Assembly (NCBI GenBank): GCA_041594335.1
Contig: JBFHML010000003.1
Coordinates: 5,412 to 69,411, forward strand
Direction of reading: 5' to 3'
Origin: Porticoccaceae bacterium
Lineage (GTDB): Bacteria; Pseudomonadota; Gammaproteobacteria; Pseudomonadales; Porticoccaceae
Length of the DNA: 64,000 bases
This document shows positions 38,972-49,754 of the stretch, piece by piece; position 1 is the stretch's first letter; the number at the start of each line of letters is the position of its first letter. The notes beneath the pieces are model-generated. The model searched no databases and was not told the origin of the DNA. It saw only the letters and a program-made list of their open reading frames with translations. The translations under genes and the position numbers were made by a program.

Positions 38972-39475
38972 TCAAGATGTCGCGGGTGGCCAATCAAACG
39001 CCACCGGCCACAGCCGCTGATTGTCGAACCGCAGCTCGCCGGCCAGCTGTCGATAGGTTCGGCGAAGCGCCGGATGTTTCTCCTCCGGCGCTAGATCCGC
39101 CAAGGGTCGCAACACGAAGGCATAGCGAAGAATTTCATCTCGCGGCAGCTGTATGCCGGCGAATGTCCCGACCCAGTCGCCGTACGTCAGAATATCGATA
39201 TCTAGGGTGCGAGCACAGTACTTTGCAGCCCCTCGCCGCCGGTGATTGGCGTCTTCGATCGCGCGCAGCGATCGCGCCAGATCACCCACCGTGAGATCGG
39301 TTTCCAAGCGAACCACGAGGTTCAGAAAGTTGTCGCCTGCGAAACCTACCGCGGCGCTCTCGTACACGGGTGACAGTTCGAGCAACCCAAAGGCCTCGGA
39401 CAGGGCATCTAACGCCAGCTCGAGATGACGGCGTGGCGCGATATTCGACCCCAGCCCCAAGTACACCCGCGGCAT
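38972..39475 (-). CDS. folK: 2-amino-4-hydroxy-6-hydroxymethyldihydropteridine diphosphokinase
   Basis: [12 protein letters not shown]...RTLDIDIL motifs. ATG 39475 overlaps the folB stop (TGATG). Confidence 0.9.
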   Translation of the reverse strand: MPRVYLGLGSNIAPRRHLELALDALSEAFGLLELSPVYESAAVGFAGDNFLNLVVRLETDLTVGDLARSLRAIEDANHRRRGAAKYCARTLDIDILTYGDWVGTFAGIQLPRDEILRYAFVLRPLADLAPEEKHPALRRTYRQLAGELRFDNQRLWPVAFDWPPATS

Positions 39476-39846
39476 CAGGGCCGCACGCCGCGTTCGATCT
39501 GGATGCCCACGTCCTGGGCACCTCGCAAGGCCCCGGGCTTGCTCAAGCGAAGACGCAGCCAAGGCACCGGAAACTCCGTCAGCACCAGCGATGCGATCTC
39601 CTCCGCAAGCCGTTCCACCAGCAGACAGCCGGAGCTTTCTACATGACTGATGATTCTTTTAGCCACGGCTTTGTAGTTGAGCGCGTGCTCGATATCGTCT
39701 GTGGCAGCCGCGGCACTGATGTTGGTCGCCATCTCCAAGTCAAGAGACACCGTTTGACGCACTTGGCGCTCCCATTCATAAATCCCGATAGTGGTATCGA
39801 TCCGCAGGTCGCGGATGTAGACGATATCCGTCTCAGGCCGGGTCAC
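39475..39846 (-). CDS. folB: Dihydroneopterin aldolase
   Basis: [35 protein letters not shown] start overlaps the tsaD stop (GTGA). Confidence 0.9.
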   Translation of the reverse strand: MTRPETDIVYIRDLRIDTTIGIYEWERQVRQTVSLDLEMATNISAAAATDDIEHALNYKAVAKRIISHVESSGCLLVERLAEEIASLVLTEFPVPWLRLRLSKPGALRGAQDVGIQIERGVRP

Positions 39847-40883
39847 GCCTGGCCCCCCAGCGGCGGAAGGCTAGTAATCGGCCAACGCGGCAAAGCGCGA
39901 ATGGCCAGATCTTCCGCGGCACCATCCAGCAGCCGCTGGCACCCTGCATAAGCGATCATGGCACCGTTATCCGTGCAGAACTCAGGCCGCGCGTAAAAGA
40001 CGCGGGCGCCGCGCCGCGCCAACGCAGCCTCGAGGCGCTCCCGCAACAAGCGATTTGCCGAAACGCCGCCGGCGATCACCAGGGTGCCGAGCCCGCTGGC
40101 ATCCAGGGCCCGCACGCACTTGATAACCAGCGTGTCGACCACCGCATCCTGAAAAGCACAGGCAATATCGGCACAAGTCTGGGCGTCGGGCCGACCGGAA
40201 TCATCCGCGTATTCGGCTACCTGATTCAGCGTAAACGTCTTGAGTCCAGAAAAACTGAAGTCCAGTCCAGGGCGATCGGTCATCGGTCGTGGGAAGCGAA
40301 ATCGCCGCGCGTCACCCGTTGCGGCCAGACGGGCAATCGCAGGACCGCCGGGGTAACCCAGACCAAGCATTTTCGCCGCCTTGTCGAAAGCCTCACCCGC
40401 CGCGTCATCCAATGACTCCCCCAGCAAAGCATAACGCCCGATGCCCTGAACATGGACCAATTGGGTATGACCGCCGGACACCAGCAGCGCCAAAAAGGGG
40501 AAGCTGGGGGGCTCCGCCTCCAACATAGGGGCCAACAGATGTCCTTCCATATGATGAACACCTACCGCCGGAACCCCCCAAGCGTAGGCCAGCGCGCGTC
40601 CCACGGCACCGCCGACCATCAAGGCGCCGACCAACCCAGGACCCGCCGTATAGGCAACGCCGTCGATCGCACCCGCGGGACTCCCAGATCGTTCCAGCAC
40701 CGTGCGGATCATGGGTAACAAGCGGCGCACGTGATCCCGGGAGGCCAGCTCTGGAACCACACCGCCGTAACAGGCATGCAAATCGATCTGGCTGAAGAGA
40801 TCGTGAGCCAGGAGGCCCGCCGCGCTATCGTAGACCGCAACCCCGGTCTCATCGCAGGATGTCTCGATACCTAGAACGCGCAT
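39843..40883 (-). CDS. tsaD: tRNA N6-adenosine threonylcarbamoyltransferase
   Basis: [19 protein letters not shown]...HHMEGHL...SGGHTQL. Divergent from rpsU, as in E. coli. Confidence 0.95.
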   Translation of the reverse strand: MRVLGIETSCDETGVAVYDSAAGLLAHDLFSQIDLHACYGGVVPELASRDHVRRLLPMIRTVLERSGSPAGAIDGVAYTAGPGLVGALMVGGAVGRALAYAWGVPAVGVHHMEGHLLAPMLEAEPPSFPFLALLVSGGHTQLVHVQGIGRYALLGESLDDAAGEAFDKAAKMLGLGYPGGPAIARLAATGDARRFRFPRPMTDRPGLDFSFSGLKTFTLNQVAEYADDSGRPDAQTCADIACAFQDAVVDTLVIKCVRALDASGLGTLVIAGGVSANRLLRERLEAALARRGARVFYARPEFCTDNGAMIAYAGCQRLLDGAAEDLAIRALPRWPITSLPPLGGQA

Positions 40884-40978
40884 GACTACTCACCCCTCGA
40901 CCGCGGGCATGATAATTCCCTGCCACCCCGCTGGCCAGCCGGCCCCAGGTCTGTCCCGGTGTACGCTGCGCCCCCACT

Positions 40979-41007
40979 TTGCACGCCGGCCCCGGAGCCG
41001 GTAAAAT
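40979..41007 (+). promoter_or_regulatory. Putative sigma-70 promoter of rpsU-yqeY-dnaG-rpoD
   Basis: TTGCAC, 17 nt, TAAAAT. The -10 element ends 46 nt upstream of the rpsU ATG. Confidence 0.45.
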
Positions 41008-41053
41008 TCCGGCCCCCAATGCAGCCACCTGATGATTCAGGATAAGAGGATCG

Positions 41054-41269
41054 ATGCCGTCAGTACGAGTCAAAGAGAACGAACCCTTCGACGTGGCCCT
41101 GCGCCGCTTCAAGCGCTCCTGCGAAAAAGCCGGTGTGTTGGCCGAGGTTCGGCGTCGCGAGTACTACGAGAAACCTGCCTGGGCGCGGAAGCGCAAGGCC
41201 GCTGCTGCGGTCAAACGCCACGCCAAAAAGCTGCAACGCGAAGCGCGCAAGTTCCAAAAATTATATTAG
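41054..41269 (+). CDS. rpsU: 30S ribosomal protein S21
   Basis: [41 protein letters not shown]. Confidence 0.95.
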   Translation: MPSVRVKENEPFDVALRRFKRSCEKAGVLAEVRRREYYEKPAWARKRKAAAAVKRHAKKLQREARKFQKLY

Positions 41270-41280
41270 GACTGGCGTGG

Positions 41281-41308
41281 TGCCTGCGGCGTCGGCTCGC
41301 CGCAGGCA
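41281..41308 (+). terminator. Strong hairpin after rpsU (possible partial terminator, no U-tract)
   Basis: Perfect 11-bp stem TGCCTGCGGCG / CGCCGCAGGCA with a 6-nt loop, 12 nt after the rpsU stop. Positionally analogous to the internal T1 terminator of the E. coli rpsU-dnaG-rpoD operon. Confidence 0.4.
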
Positions 41309-41330
41309 TCGCCCGCGGCGGCCCCAAGGC

Positions 41331-41783
41331 GTGACCACACCCGATCTCCGACAGCAGCTCTCTGATGCCATGAAGGCCGCCATGCGGGCTCGGGATCGCG
41401 AGCGGCTGGACGCCATCCGGTTAATCCTCGCTGAAATCCAACGCGTCGAGGTCGACGAGCGCATTACCGTGGAAGACGCGCGCATCGTCATGATCCTCGA
41501 CCGCATGACCAAGCAACGACGCGACGCGATCACACAATATGAGACGGCGGGCCGCGACGAGCTAGCAGATCGCGAGCGGGCGGAAATTGCGGTCATTGCC
41601 GAATTCTTGCCCGAACCCCTGACCGAGACGGAAATCGACGCCTTGATCACCGCCGCCATTTCCGAAGTTGGGGCGGATTCCGCCCGAGATATGGGCAAGG
41701 TGATGGCGCTGCTCAAGCCACAACTCCAAGGACGAGCTGACTTGGGTGCGATCAGCGGTCGCGTGAAACGCCGACTCACCTAA
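41331..41783 (+). CDS. GatB/YqeY domain protein
   Basis: LRQQLSDAMKAAMRARDRERLDAIRLILAEIQRVEVDE...MGKVMALLKPQLQGRADLGAISGRVKRRL. ORF 41133 trimmed to GTG 41331. Confidence 0.8.
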   Translation: MTTPDLRQQLSDAMKAAMRARDRERLDAIRLILAEIQRVEVDERITVEDARIVMILDRMTKQRRDAITQYETAGRDELADRERAEIAVIAEFLPEPLTETEIDALITAAISEVGADSARDMGKVMALLKPQLQGRADLGAISGRVKRRLT

Positions 41784-41838
41784 CCGCAAGCTCGCGCGGC
41801 CCCTCGCCAGCGCCATTCCAGGGTGCAATACTTTCGGT

Positions 41839-43725
41839 ATGGCCGGCCGCATCCCCCAGTCCTTCATCGACGACCTGCTCGACCGGACCGACATCGTCGA
41901 CCTGATCGGCGAGCGTGTCGACTTGCGCCGCGCAGGCAGCAATCATAAAGCCCGCTGCCCTTTTCATGAGGAAAAGACCCCCTCCTTCTCGGTTAATGGG
42001 GACCGCCAATTTTATTATTGCTTTGGCTGCAACGCCGGGGGCAACGCCATCGGCTTCCTCATGGCCTACGATCACCTGGACTTCGTGGGCGCAGTAAGCC
42101 AGCTAGCGCGCCGTGCGGGCCTGGAGATCCCTCGCGAGGCCACCCAGGCTACCGATCGACACGCACCGCTATTTGCCGTCCTGCACCGAGCCCAGGAATT
42201 CTTTGCTGCGCAACTGCAACATCACTCGGCGGCCTCGACGGCAATCACCTACCTGGAGCGCCGCGGGATCAGCGTCGACATAGCGAAAGAATACGGCCTC
42301 GGGTTTGCTCCTCCGGGCTGGGACAACCTCCTCACCGCCATGAACGCGTCCAGTGATCACCACACCCTGGAGCACCTGATCACGGCGGGATTGGCGGTAA
42401 CCAGAGAGTCAGGCACCGGCCATTACGACCGCTTCCGCCGCCGGCTCATGTTTCCCATTCGGGATCACCGGGGCCGCGTATTGGGTTTCGGGGGTCGTGT
42501 GCTGGGCGACGATCAGCCCAAATACCTCAACTCACCTGAAACCCCGGTATTTCATAAAGGCACCGAACTCTACGGTCTGTATGAAGCGCGCCGACACCTA
42601 GGCGATGGCCTGCCAATACTGGTGGTGGAAGGCTATACCGATGTACTGGCCCTGGCGCAGTTCGGGCTCCGCAATGCGGTCGCCGCCCTCGGCACCGCGC
42701 TGACCGAAGACCACCTGCACAAGCTCTTCCGGCACACGGGAGACGTGATTTTCAGTTTCGATGGCGATGCCGCAGGCCGCCGCGCTGCGCGCCGTGCGTT
42801 GGACCTCTGCCTCCCGGTGCTGCGCGACGGCCGCACTGCGCGCTTCCTCTTCCTGCCCGAGGGCGAAGATCCGGACACCCTGGTGCGCAAGCTTGGCGCC
42901 GAAGGATTTCGCGCCCGACTCGAGACAGCCGTACCGTTGTCGGAGTTTCTTTTCGATACGGCGGCCGCAGACCTAGACCTAGCGCTGCCCGATCACCGAG
43001 CCCGCTTCTGCCAACGCGCGCTGTCCCTTATCGAGCGACTGCCCGATGGCGTGCTCAAGCCGCTCTTTATGGGCGAGCTGGCGCAACGGGCCGGCGTACC
43101 ACTAGACGCTTTATCGCGCCCCACCCAAGACGCCGCCCCGGCACCGCCGCCGGCGGCCACCGCCACCGCACCCCGGGTGGCGACGCCTCTCCGTCGCCCC
43201 GCGCAACGAGCGACGGCTCCGCGCGGCGGCACCAGCTGCCGCTCATTGGCACATCACGTGTTGGCGCTACTGTTGCATGATCCCGGCATCAGCAGGGCGT
43301 TGGCAGAGGACCTCTCGCGTCTGGAGCCCGACAATCCCGATATTGACTTACTGCAAAGAGTCCACCGAGTGCTGCACGACAACAGGGGCTACAACTTGGT
43401 GCATCTACTGAGCTACTGGCACGGCATGTACGGCGCGGAAGAATGCGCCCTCTTGGCACGCATCGCCGATAACGAGCTATTCCAGGCCACGGTGGGATCC
43501 CACGATGACCGCCTGAACGAAGCGCGAAGCCTGCTCGCACGCCTGCTCGCCGCCCAAGAGCGCGAACGCCCCCCGGTTGCACGGTTGCGCACTCTGCTCG
43601 GCCGCGACGTACTCGCAGCCGAGGATCGCGCCCGTATTCGCGCACTCATCCTAGAAATCTCTCACAGCAATCCACAAGATCCGATAATTCAGGAAGCAAA
43701 ACAACGTGTTGTAGATAGTGTCTAA
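41839..43725 (+). CDS. dnaG: DNA primase
   Basis: Zn-ribbon CPFHEEKTPSFSVNGDRQFYYCFGC, TOPRIM domain (VVEGYTDVL, FDGDAAG). Confidence 0.95.
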   Translation: MAGRIPQSFIDDLLDRTDIVDLIGERVDLRRAGSNHKARCPFHEEKTPSFSVNGDRQFYYCFGCNAGGNAIGFLMAYDHLDFVGAVSQLARRAGLEIPREATQATDRHAPLFAVLHRAQEFFAAQLQHHSAASTAITYLERRGISVDIAKEYGLGFAPPGWDNLLTAMNASSDHHTLEHLITAGLAVTRESGTGHYDRFRRRLMFPIRDHRGRVLGFGGRVLGDDQPKYLNSPETPVFHKGTELYGLYEARRHLGDGLPILVVEGYTDVLALAQFGLRNAVAALGTALTEDHLHKLFRHTGDVIFSFDGDAAGRRAARRALDLCLPVLRDGRTARFLFLPEGEDPDTLVRKLGAEGFRARLETAVPLSEFLFDTAAADLDLALPDHRARFCQRALSLIERLPDGVLKPLFMGELAQRAGVPLDALSRPTQDAAPAPPPAATATAPRVATPLRRPAQRATAPRGGTSCRSLAHHVLALLLHDPGISRALAEDLSRLEPDNPDIDLLQRVHRVLHDNRGYNLVHLLSYWHGMYGAEECALLARIADNELFQATVGSHDDRLNEARSLLARLLAAQERERPPVARLRTLLGRDVLAAEDRARIRALILEISHSNPQDPIIQEAKQRVVDSV

Positions 43726-43748
43726 TGACCATCCAAAGCCGTTACGGG

Positions 43749-43778
43749 GTTGCAATCAGTGGCTTATGCCCCCATTCA
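43749..43778 (+). promoter_or_regulatory. Weak sigma-32-like promoter upstream of rpoD
   Basis: GTTGCAA, 13-14 nt, CCCCATTCA (8 of 9 matches to the CCCCATNTA -10 consensus; the -35 is poor). E. coli rpoD has a heat-shock promoter in the equivalent region. Confidence 0.3.
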
Positions 43779-43831
43779 TTCGCTACAATGGTCGGCTTTG
43801 ATTCCGCGCACCTCCCAGCCAAGAGCAAGCG

Positions 43832-45697
43832 ATGAGCGAAAACTTTCAGCAACAGTCCCGGATCCGCGAACTGATCGGTAAAGGCCGAGAGCAGGGTTAC
43901 CTGACTTACGCCGAGGTCAATGACCACTTGCCTGAAGATATCTCCGATCCCGATCAGGTCGAAGACATCATTCAGATGATCAACGATATGGGCATCAACG
44001 TGTTCGAGGCAGCACCGGACGCGGATACCCTGCTGCTCACCAGTGGCGATGCCGCCCCGGATGAGATCGCCGCCGCCGAGGCCGCCGCCGCGCTGGCAGC
44101 GGTAGAGACCGAACAACACCGCACCACGGACCCAGTGCGCATGTATATGCGTGAAATGGGCTCGGTAGAACTGCTCACGCGAGAAGGCGAGATTGAAATC
44201 GCCAAACGCATTGAGGAAGGGATACGCGAAATCATGGCCGCGCTCGCCGAATGGCCTGGCGCGGTGGATACGGTGCTCGCCGAATACGACCTCATCGCGA
44301 CGGGAGAGCGACGGCTGTCCGACATCATTGCCGGCTACCTCAACCCCATGGACGAGGTGCCCTCCGCGCTGGCCATCGCCAATAAGGCCGCAGAGGCAGC
44401 CAATGCCAGCAAGAAGGCGAACGCCAACGACGACGATGACACCGACGATGACGACGACGATGACGACAGCGTCGATGACGAAGGCGGCCTGGATATGGAG
44501 GAGGCCCGACGCCGCTTCGAAGAGATCCGCCGCCAAAATGACAAAACGAAGCGCTCGCTGGCGCGAGGTGACCGCAAGAGCGCCTCTGTCCAGAAAAATC
44601 TTCAGGAACTGGGCGAGATGTTCAAGTACCTGAAGCTGACCCCGAAGCAGTTCGACCCACTGATCCGGCAGGTGCAGGAACGCATCGGCGAAGTCCGCAC
44701 ACTGGAACGCGGCATCATGGTGCTGTGCGTGAAGCGCGGCCGGATGCCCCGTCGGGATTTCATCGAAGGTTTCCCCGGCAACGAAACCAACCTCAAGTGG
44801 GCGGGCACCGTGGCACGGCGCAAACAGCCCTATGCGGAGACGATCAAGGAATACCTGGATGATATCCAGCGCATCCAGCAGCGACTGCAACAAACCGAGG
44901 ATGAAACCGGTCTGACCATTGCCCAGATCAAGGACATCAATCGTCGCTTGTCGATCGGCGAAGCCAAGGCGCGACGCGCCAAAAAGGAAATGGTCGAGGC
45001 CAACCTTCGCCTGGTGATCTCCATCGCCAAGAAGTACACCAACCGGGGCCTTCAGTTTCTCGATCTGATCCAAGAAGGGAACATCGGCCTGATGAAGGCC
45101 GTAGATAAATTCGAATACCGGCGCGGCTACAAGTTCTCTACCTATGCCACCTGGTGGATTCGTCAAGCAATCACTCGGTCGATTGCCGACCAGGCGCGTA
45201 CTATTCGGATTCCAGTGCACATGATCGAGACCATCAACAAGCTGAACCGGATTTCACGCCAAATCCTCCAGGAGATGGGTCGTGAGCCCACTCCGGAAGA
45301 GCTGAGCTTGCGCATGGATCTCCCGGAAGACAAAGTCCGCAAGGTGCTGAAGATCGCCAAGGAGCCGATTTCCATGGAGACGCCGATCGGCGACGACGAG
45401 GACTCTCATCTCGGCGATTTCATCGAGGACGTCAACATCGCCTCTCCTATCAATGCGGCCACGCAGGAGAGCCTCACCGAGGCCACCCGCGAAGTACTGA
45501 ATTCACTCACCGCGCGCGAAGCCAAGGTGTTGCGCATGCGCTTTGGCATTGACATGAATACGGATCACACCCTGGAAGAAGTCGGCAAGCAATTCGACGT
45601 CACCCGGGAACGGATTCGTCAGATCGAAGCCAAGGCGCTGCGCAAACTACGTCACCCTAGCCGCTCCGAACACATGCGCAGCTTTCTCGACGAGTGA
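43832..45697 (+). CDS. rpoD: RNA polymerase sigma factor RpoD (sigma-70)
   Basis: 621 aa. Regions 1.1 to 4.2 are recognisable ([74 protein letters not shown]). Confidence 0.97.
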   Translation: MSENFQQQSRIRELIGKGREQGYLTYAEVNDHLPEDISDPDQVEDIIQMINDMGINVFEAAPDADTLLLTSGDAAPDEIAAAEAAAALAAVETEQHRTTDPVRMYMREMGSVELLTREGEIEIAKRIEEGIREIMAALAEWPGAVDTVLAEYDLIATGERRLSDIIAGYLNPMDEVPSALAIANKAAEAANASKKANANDDDDTDDDDDDDDSVDDEGGLDMEEARRRFEEIRRQNDKTKRSLARGDRKSASVQKNLQELGEMFKYLKLTPKQFDPLIRQVQERIGEVRTLERGIMVLCVKRGRMPRRDFIEGFPGNETNLKWAGTVARRKQPYAETIKEYLDDIQRIQQRLQQTEDETGLTIAQIKDINRRLSIGEAKARRAKKEMVEANLRLVISIAKKYTNRGLQFLDLIQEGNIGLMKAVDKFEYRRGYKFSTYATWWIRQAITRSIADQARTIRIPVHMIETINKLNRISRQILQEMGREPTPEELSLRMDLPEDKVRKVLKIAKEPISMETPIGDDEDSHLGDFIEDVNIASPINAATQESLTEATREVLNSLTAREAKVLRMRFGIDMNTDHTLEEVGKQFDVTRERIRQIEAKALRKLRHPSRSEHMRSFLDE

Positions 45698-45717
45698 TAC
45701 ACCGCGCCCCTGCTCAC

Positions 45718-45794
45718 GGGCCCATAGCTCAGTTGGTTAGAGCAGTCGACTCATAATCGATTGGTCCCAGGTTCAAGTCCTGGTGGGCCCACCA
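45718..45794 (+). tRNA. ileX: tRNA-Ile2 (anticodon CAT, lysidine type; formally could be tRNA-Met)
   Basis: 77-nt cloverleaf with anticodon loop CTCATAA. The anticodon stem, variable loop and T-arm (TTCAAGTCC) resemble E. coli ileX rather than elongator tRNA-Met. Same position after rpoD as E. coli ileX. Confidence 0.8.
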
Positions 45795-45829
45795 TTACGC
45801 CATTGACACCGCGGCTACCATGTTCCACC

Positions 45830-46879
45830 TCAGGCGATGGAGACCCGCGGCGAAAGGTATACGTCCTGAATGGCATGCAGTAGGCGAACCCCCTCGGCCA
45901 TGGGCTTTTGGAACGCCTTGCGCCCCGAGATCAGACCACAGCCGCCGGCGCGCTTATTGATGACGGCAGTGCGCACAGCCTGGCACAAATCGTCGCTGCC
46001 AGAAGCACCGCCGGAATTGATGAGCCCAACCCGCCCCAAATAACAGCAGGCAACTTGGTAGCGCACCCAATCGATAGGATGGTCCGCCACCATTTCTCCG
46101 TACAGGCGGTGGTCGGTTTTGCCAAAGCCGAGCACCGGAAACCCCCCGTTACAGTCCGCCTGTTTCTGCTTGACGATATCTGCCTCGATGGTCACCGCTA
46201 GGTGGTTCGCCTGGCCGGTGAGGTCGGCTGCAGTGTGGTAGTCGGCGTCCTGCTGCTTGAACGCGGGATTGCGCAGATAGGCCCACAGTACGGTCACCAG
46301 GCCGAGCTCATGCGCTCGCGCAAAGGCGGCGCGCACTTCCTGAATCTGGCGCCGCGACTCCGGCGCACCGAAATAAACGGTTGCGCCGACCGCGATCGCT
46401 CCCAGATCAAACGCTTGTTCGACGTCGGCATACAGGGTTTGATCATGCACATTGGGGTAGCTCAGCAATTCATTGTGATTGAGCTTGACCAGAAAGGGGA
46501 TGCGGTGTGCGTACTTGCGGCTGACCGCCCCCAACACCCCGAGGGTGGAGGCCACCCCATTGCAACCACCCTCGATAGCGAGTTCGACGATATTCGCGGG
46601 ATCGAAATAGGCCGGATTGGGCGCAAAGGACGCCCCGGCAGAATGCTCGACGCCCTGATCGACGGGCAAAAGCGACAAGTAACCCGTACCAGCCAGCCTG
46701 CCTGTATTCAACAAGGTCTGCAGATTGCGCAACACTGCAGGCTTGCGATCACTGTGCACCCAAACCCGATCGACGAAGTCTTTTCCCGGAAGGTGTAATT
46801 GCGCGGCTTTGATGCCAACACAGCGGTGCCCGAGCAGGAACTCCGCCTCGGCACCGAGCATGGATTCGATCGTCTCCAT
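45830..46879 (-). CDS. fbaB: Class I fructose-bisphosphate aldolase
   Basis: Collinear with E. coli FbaB ([43 protein letters not shown]...VINKRAGG). ATG 46879. Confidence 0.9.
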   Translation of the reverse strand: METIESMLGAEAEFLLGHRCVGIKAAQLHLPGKDFVDRVWVHSDRKPAVLRNLQTLLNTGRLAGTGYLSLLPVDQGVEHSAGASFAPNPAYFDPANIVELAIEGGCNGVASTLGVLGAVSRKYAHRIPFLVKLNHNELLSYPNVHDQTLYADVEQAFDLGAIAVGATVYFGAPESRRQIQEVRAAFARAHELGLVTVLWAYLRNPAFKQQDADYHTAADLTGQANHLAVTIEADIVKQKQADCNGGFPVLGFGKTDHRLYGEMVADHPIDWVRYQVACCYLGRVGLINSGGASGSDDLCQAVRTAVINKRAGGCGLISGRKAFQKPMAEGVRLLHAIQDVYLSPRVSIA

Positions 46880-47019
46880 CAAATGCACCCTATCGGTACC
46901 AACCAAACTGAACGACCAAGATACTCTTCCCCTGCCTGCGAAAGAATACCGCGCTAGGGTTGCGCGCGAGCACGGGGACAGGGATACTTAATCATAAGCA
47001 TGGCATATGGATTACTCCT

Positions 47020-47454
47020 ATGGGTATCGACAAAGACAGTCTGGGGTTTTTGGTCGCGGACGTCTCCCGACTGCTCAGGACCGCGTTTCAACGGCGTCTC
47101 GGCAATGACGGCCTCACGTTCCTCCAGGCTCGGGCGCTCGTCTATATCTCTCGCCACGAGGGCGTGCGCCAGAACCAGCTCGCTGAGCTGCTCGAGATTC
47201 AGCCCATTACCCTGGTTCATATCATCGACCAGTTGGAAGCGCGCAAGCTGGTCAAGCGCACGACCGACGCCAGCGACCGCCGCGCCAAGCTCTTGTATCT
47301 CTCGCCGGCCGCGCAACCGGTATTGGCGTCGATTGAAAAGGTAGTCGAATCGATCCGCTTGGACGCGATGACCGGCCTCGACAACCAGCACGCCTCGCTA
47401 GCGGTCGCCGCGCTGCACAAGATCCGCGCAAACCTGACGCCAGACCCGGCCTGA
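47020..47454 (+). CDS. MarR family transcriptional regulator
   Basis: Winged helix-turn-helix: LTFLQARALVYISRHEGVRQNQLAELLEIQPITLVHIIDQLEARKLVKR..DASDRRAKLLYLS. Confidence 0.8.
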   Translation: MGIDKDSLGFLVADVSRLLRTAFQRRLGNDGLTFLQARALVYISRHEGVRQNQLAELLEIQPITLVHIIDQLEARKLVKRTTDASDRRAKLLYLSPAAQPVLASIEKVVESIRLDAMTGLDNQHASLAVAALHKIRANLTPDPA

Positions 47455-47465
47455 GTAACGTCCGC

Positions 47466-48869
47466 ATGCAGCTGGTTTGGCTGCGCAATGATCTGCGGCT
47501 ACAGGACAATCCCGCCCTCCATGGGGCGGCGGCCGGCCAAACGGGAGTGACCGCCGTAGCGGCGCTGACCCCCGCGCAATGGCGCTTGCAGGATGAGTCG
47601 GACGTCCGTCTAGCCTTCTGGCTGGCCAACCTGCGCCACCTACGGGACGAACTGCTGACACGCAACATCGGCCTGCAGATACTCGCAGCGCCGACTTATG
47701 CGGATCTACCACAGGCGCTGCTGCAGCTGGCGCGGCATAGCGCTGCCACCGGCCTGTGGTTCAATCGTGAATATCCTCTCAATGAGACCCACCGTGACCG
47801 CGCTGTCACTACCGCGTTCGAAAGCGCCGGCATCTCGGTTACTGCCTGCGACGGCGACGCCGTGCTGCCGCCCGGCACCGTGTTGACACAAGCTGGAGCA
47901 CCATTTCGCGTCTATACGCCCTTCGCGAGGGCCTGGCGTCGGCAGCTCGCGGCCACTGACCTACAGCCGCTCCCACCGCCGGCTCGTCAACCCGCCTCGA
48001 CGCTAAGGGGCACGATCGACATCCCCCGCGAAATCCCTGGTTGGCGGCTCCAGTATCGCGAAGATCTCTGGCCCGCAGGCTGCGCCGCGGGCTTGGACCG
48101 CCTGCAGGACTTTCTGGAGGGCGGCCACGAACGCTATAGCGCCGAGCGAGATTTCCCGGAGAAAAACGGCACGTCCCGACTGTCACCTTATCTGAGCTGC
48201 GGGGCGGTCTCGGCCCGCCAATGCCTCACCGGCCTGGCGGCCCGGGCATCCAAACCGGAGTGGCTGGACGACCCCTGGGTAGGCGAGATTGCGTGGCGTG
48301 ATTTCTTTCGGCATCTCATCGCCGCGTTCCCGGATCTGAGCCGTTGGCAACCGTTTCGCCCAGCGATCGAGGCGCGCATTCACTGGCACAACGACATACG
48401 GCACTGGGAGGCGTGGCAACAGGGAGAGACAGGTTTCCCGATCATCGACGCGGGCATGCGCGAGCTGCGCGAAACCGGATGGATGCACAATCGCGTACGC
48501 ATGATCACAGCCAGCTTTTTGACCAAGTTGCTCGGGGTGGACTGGCGTTGGGGCGCGCGGTTTTTCATGCGCCATCTGATTGACGGGGATTTTGCGTCCA
48601 ATGTAGGGGGATGGCAGTGGAGCGCGTCGGTGGGCGCCGATGCCGCACCTTACTTCCGCATCTTCAACCCGACCACCCAAGCGCGGCGCTTTGATCCAAC
48701 CGGAAGCTATCTCGCCCACTGGCTTCCGGAATTACAGACAGCCGCACCGCGGCAACGCAGCGACCCGGAAGTCGCCGTGGCCGCAGGACGCCCTCCGCCC
48801 ATTATCGATTACCAGGAAGCTCGTGCCCGCTGCCTGGCGGAATACCAGGCAGCGGCGACAACGCGCTGA
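47466..48869 (+). CDS. phrB: Deoxyribodipyrimidine (CPD) photolyase
   Basis: MQLVWLRNDLRLQDNPAL...TGFPIIDAGMRELRETGWMHNRVRMITASFL...GGWQWSASVGADAAPYFRIFNP. Confidence 0.9.
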   Translation: MQLVWLRNDLRLQDNPALHGAAAGQTGVTAVAALTPAQWRLQDESDVRLAFWLANLRHLRDELLTRNIGLQILAAPTYADLPQALLQLARHSAATGLWFNREYPLNETHRDRAVTTAFESAGISVTACDGDAVLPPGTVLTQAGAPFRVYTPFARAWRRQLAATDLQPLPPPARQPASTLRGTIDIPREIPGWRLQYREDLWPAGCAAGLDRLQDFLEGGHERYSAERDFPEKNGTSRLSPYLSCGAVSARQCLTGLAARASKPEWLDDPWVGEIAWRDFFRHLIAAFPDLSRWQPFRPAIEARIHWHNDIRHWEAWQQGETGFPIIDAGMRELRETGWMHNRVRMITASFLTKLLGVDWRWGARFFMRHLIDGDFASNVGGWQWSASVGADAAPYFRIFNPTTQARRFDPTGSYLAHWLPELQTAAPRQRSDPEVAVAAGRPPPIIDYQEARARCLAEYQAAATTR

Positions 48870-48881
48870 TGGACTGACAAG

Positions 48882-49754
48882 TTACCAGCCTGTGACTTCC
48901 TTCAGCGCTTCCCCAATATCGGCGAGGCTGCGCACCGTCTTCACCCCAGCGTCTTCGAGGGCGGCAAATTTTTCCGCGGCCGTGCCCTTGCCCCCGGCAA
49001 TAATTGCGCCAGCGTGCCCCATGCGCTTGCCCGCTGGGGCGGTCACGCCGGCGATATAAGAAACTACCGGCTTAGTGACCTTGGCCTTGATATATGCTGC
49101 GGCCTCTTCTTCAGCGCTTCCCCCGATCTCACCGATCATCACGATGGCTTCGGTCTTCGGGTCCTCCTCAAACAGCGCCAGAATATCGATGAAGCTGGAA
49201 CCGGGGATGGGATCGCCGCCAATACCTACACAAGTGGACTGCCCAAACCCATAATCCGTGGTCTGCTTGACCGCTTCGTACGTCAAGGTTCCGGAGCGCG
49301 ATACCACACCTACCTTGCCGGGCAAGTGAATGTGCCCCGGCATGATGCCAATCTTGCACTCGCCGGGGGTGATCACACCGGGGCAATTGGGTCCGATCAG
49401 GCGCACACCCAACTCGTCACACTTCACCTTGCATACCAGCATGTCGAGCGTCGGAATCCCCTCGGTGATGCAGACGATCAACTTGACGCCGGCATGAGCC
49501 GCTTCGAGGACCGAATCTTTGCAAAATGGCGCTGGCACATAGATCACGGACGCATCTGCCCCCGTAGCGGCTACGGCATCGGCGACGGTATTGAATACCG
49601 GCAGACCGAGGTGCTCCTGCCCTCCCTTACCCGGGGTCACACCGCCGACCAACTGGGTGCCATAAGCTAAGGCCTGTTCCGAGTGCAGGGTTCCCTGAGC
49701 GCCGGTAAACCCCTGGCAGATGACTTTGGTATTGCTATCGATCAAGATACTCAT
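48882..49754 (-). CDS. sucD: Succinate--CoA ligase subunit alpha
   Basis: [27 protein letters not shown]...[11 protein letters not shown] 49754 overlaps the sucC stop (ATGA). The longer track ORF is a read-through artefact. Confidence 0.95.
   Translation of the reverse strand: MSILIDSNTKVICQGFTGAQGTLHSEQALAYGTQLVGGVTPGKGGQEHLGLPVFNTVADAVAATGADASVIYVPAPFCKDSVLEAAHAGVKLIVCITEGIPTLDMLVCKVKCDELGVRLIGPNCPGVITPGECKIGIMPGHIHLPGKVGVVSRSGTLTYEAVKQTTDYGFGQSTCVGIGGDPIPGSSFIDILALFEEDPKTEAIVMIGEIGGSAEEEAAAYIKAKVTKPVVSYIAGVTAPAGKRMGHAGAIIAGGKGTAAEKFAALEDAGVKTVRSLADIGEALKEVTGW

Noticed and set aside
43742-45220. 492-aa ORF antisense to rpoD.
   Set aside because: It is in the codon-aligned antisense frame of rpoD: (45218-43832) is divisible by 3. 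Stops in that frame arise only from sense TTA/CTA/TCA codons, which are rare in this GC-rich gene. It has no ribosome-binding site, its sequence is low-complexity, and it lies entirely within a highly conserved gene. It is a shadow ORF.
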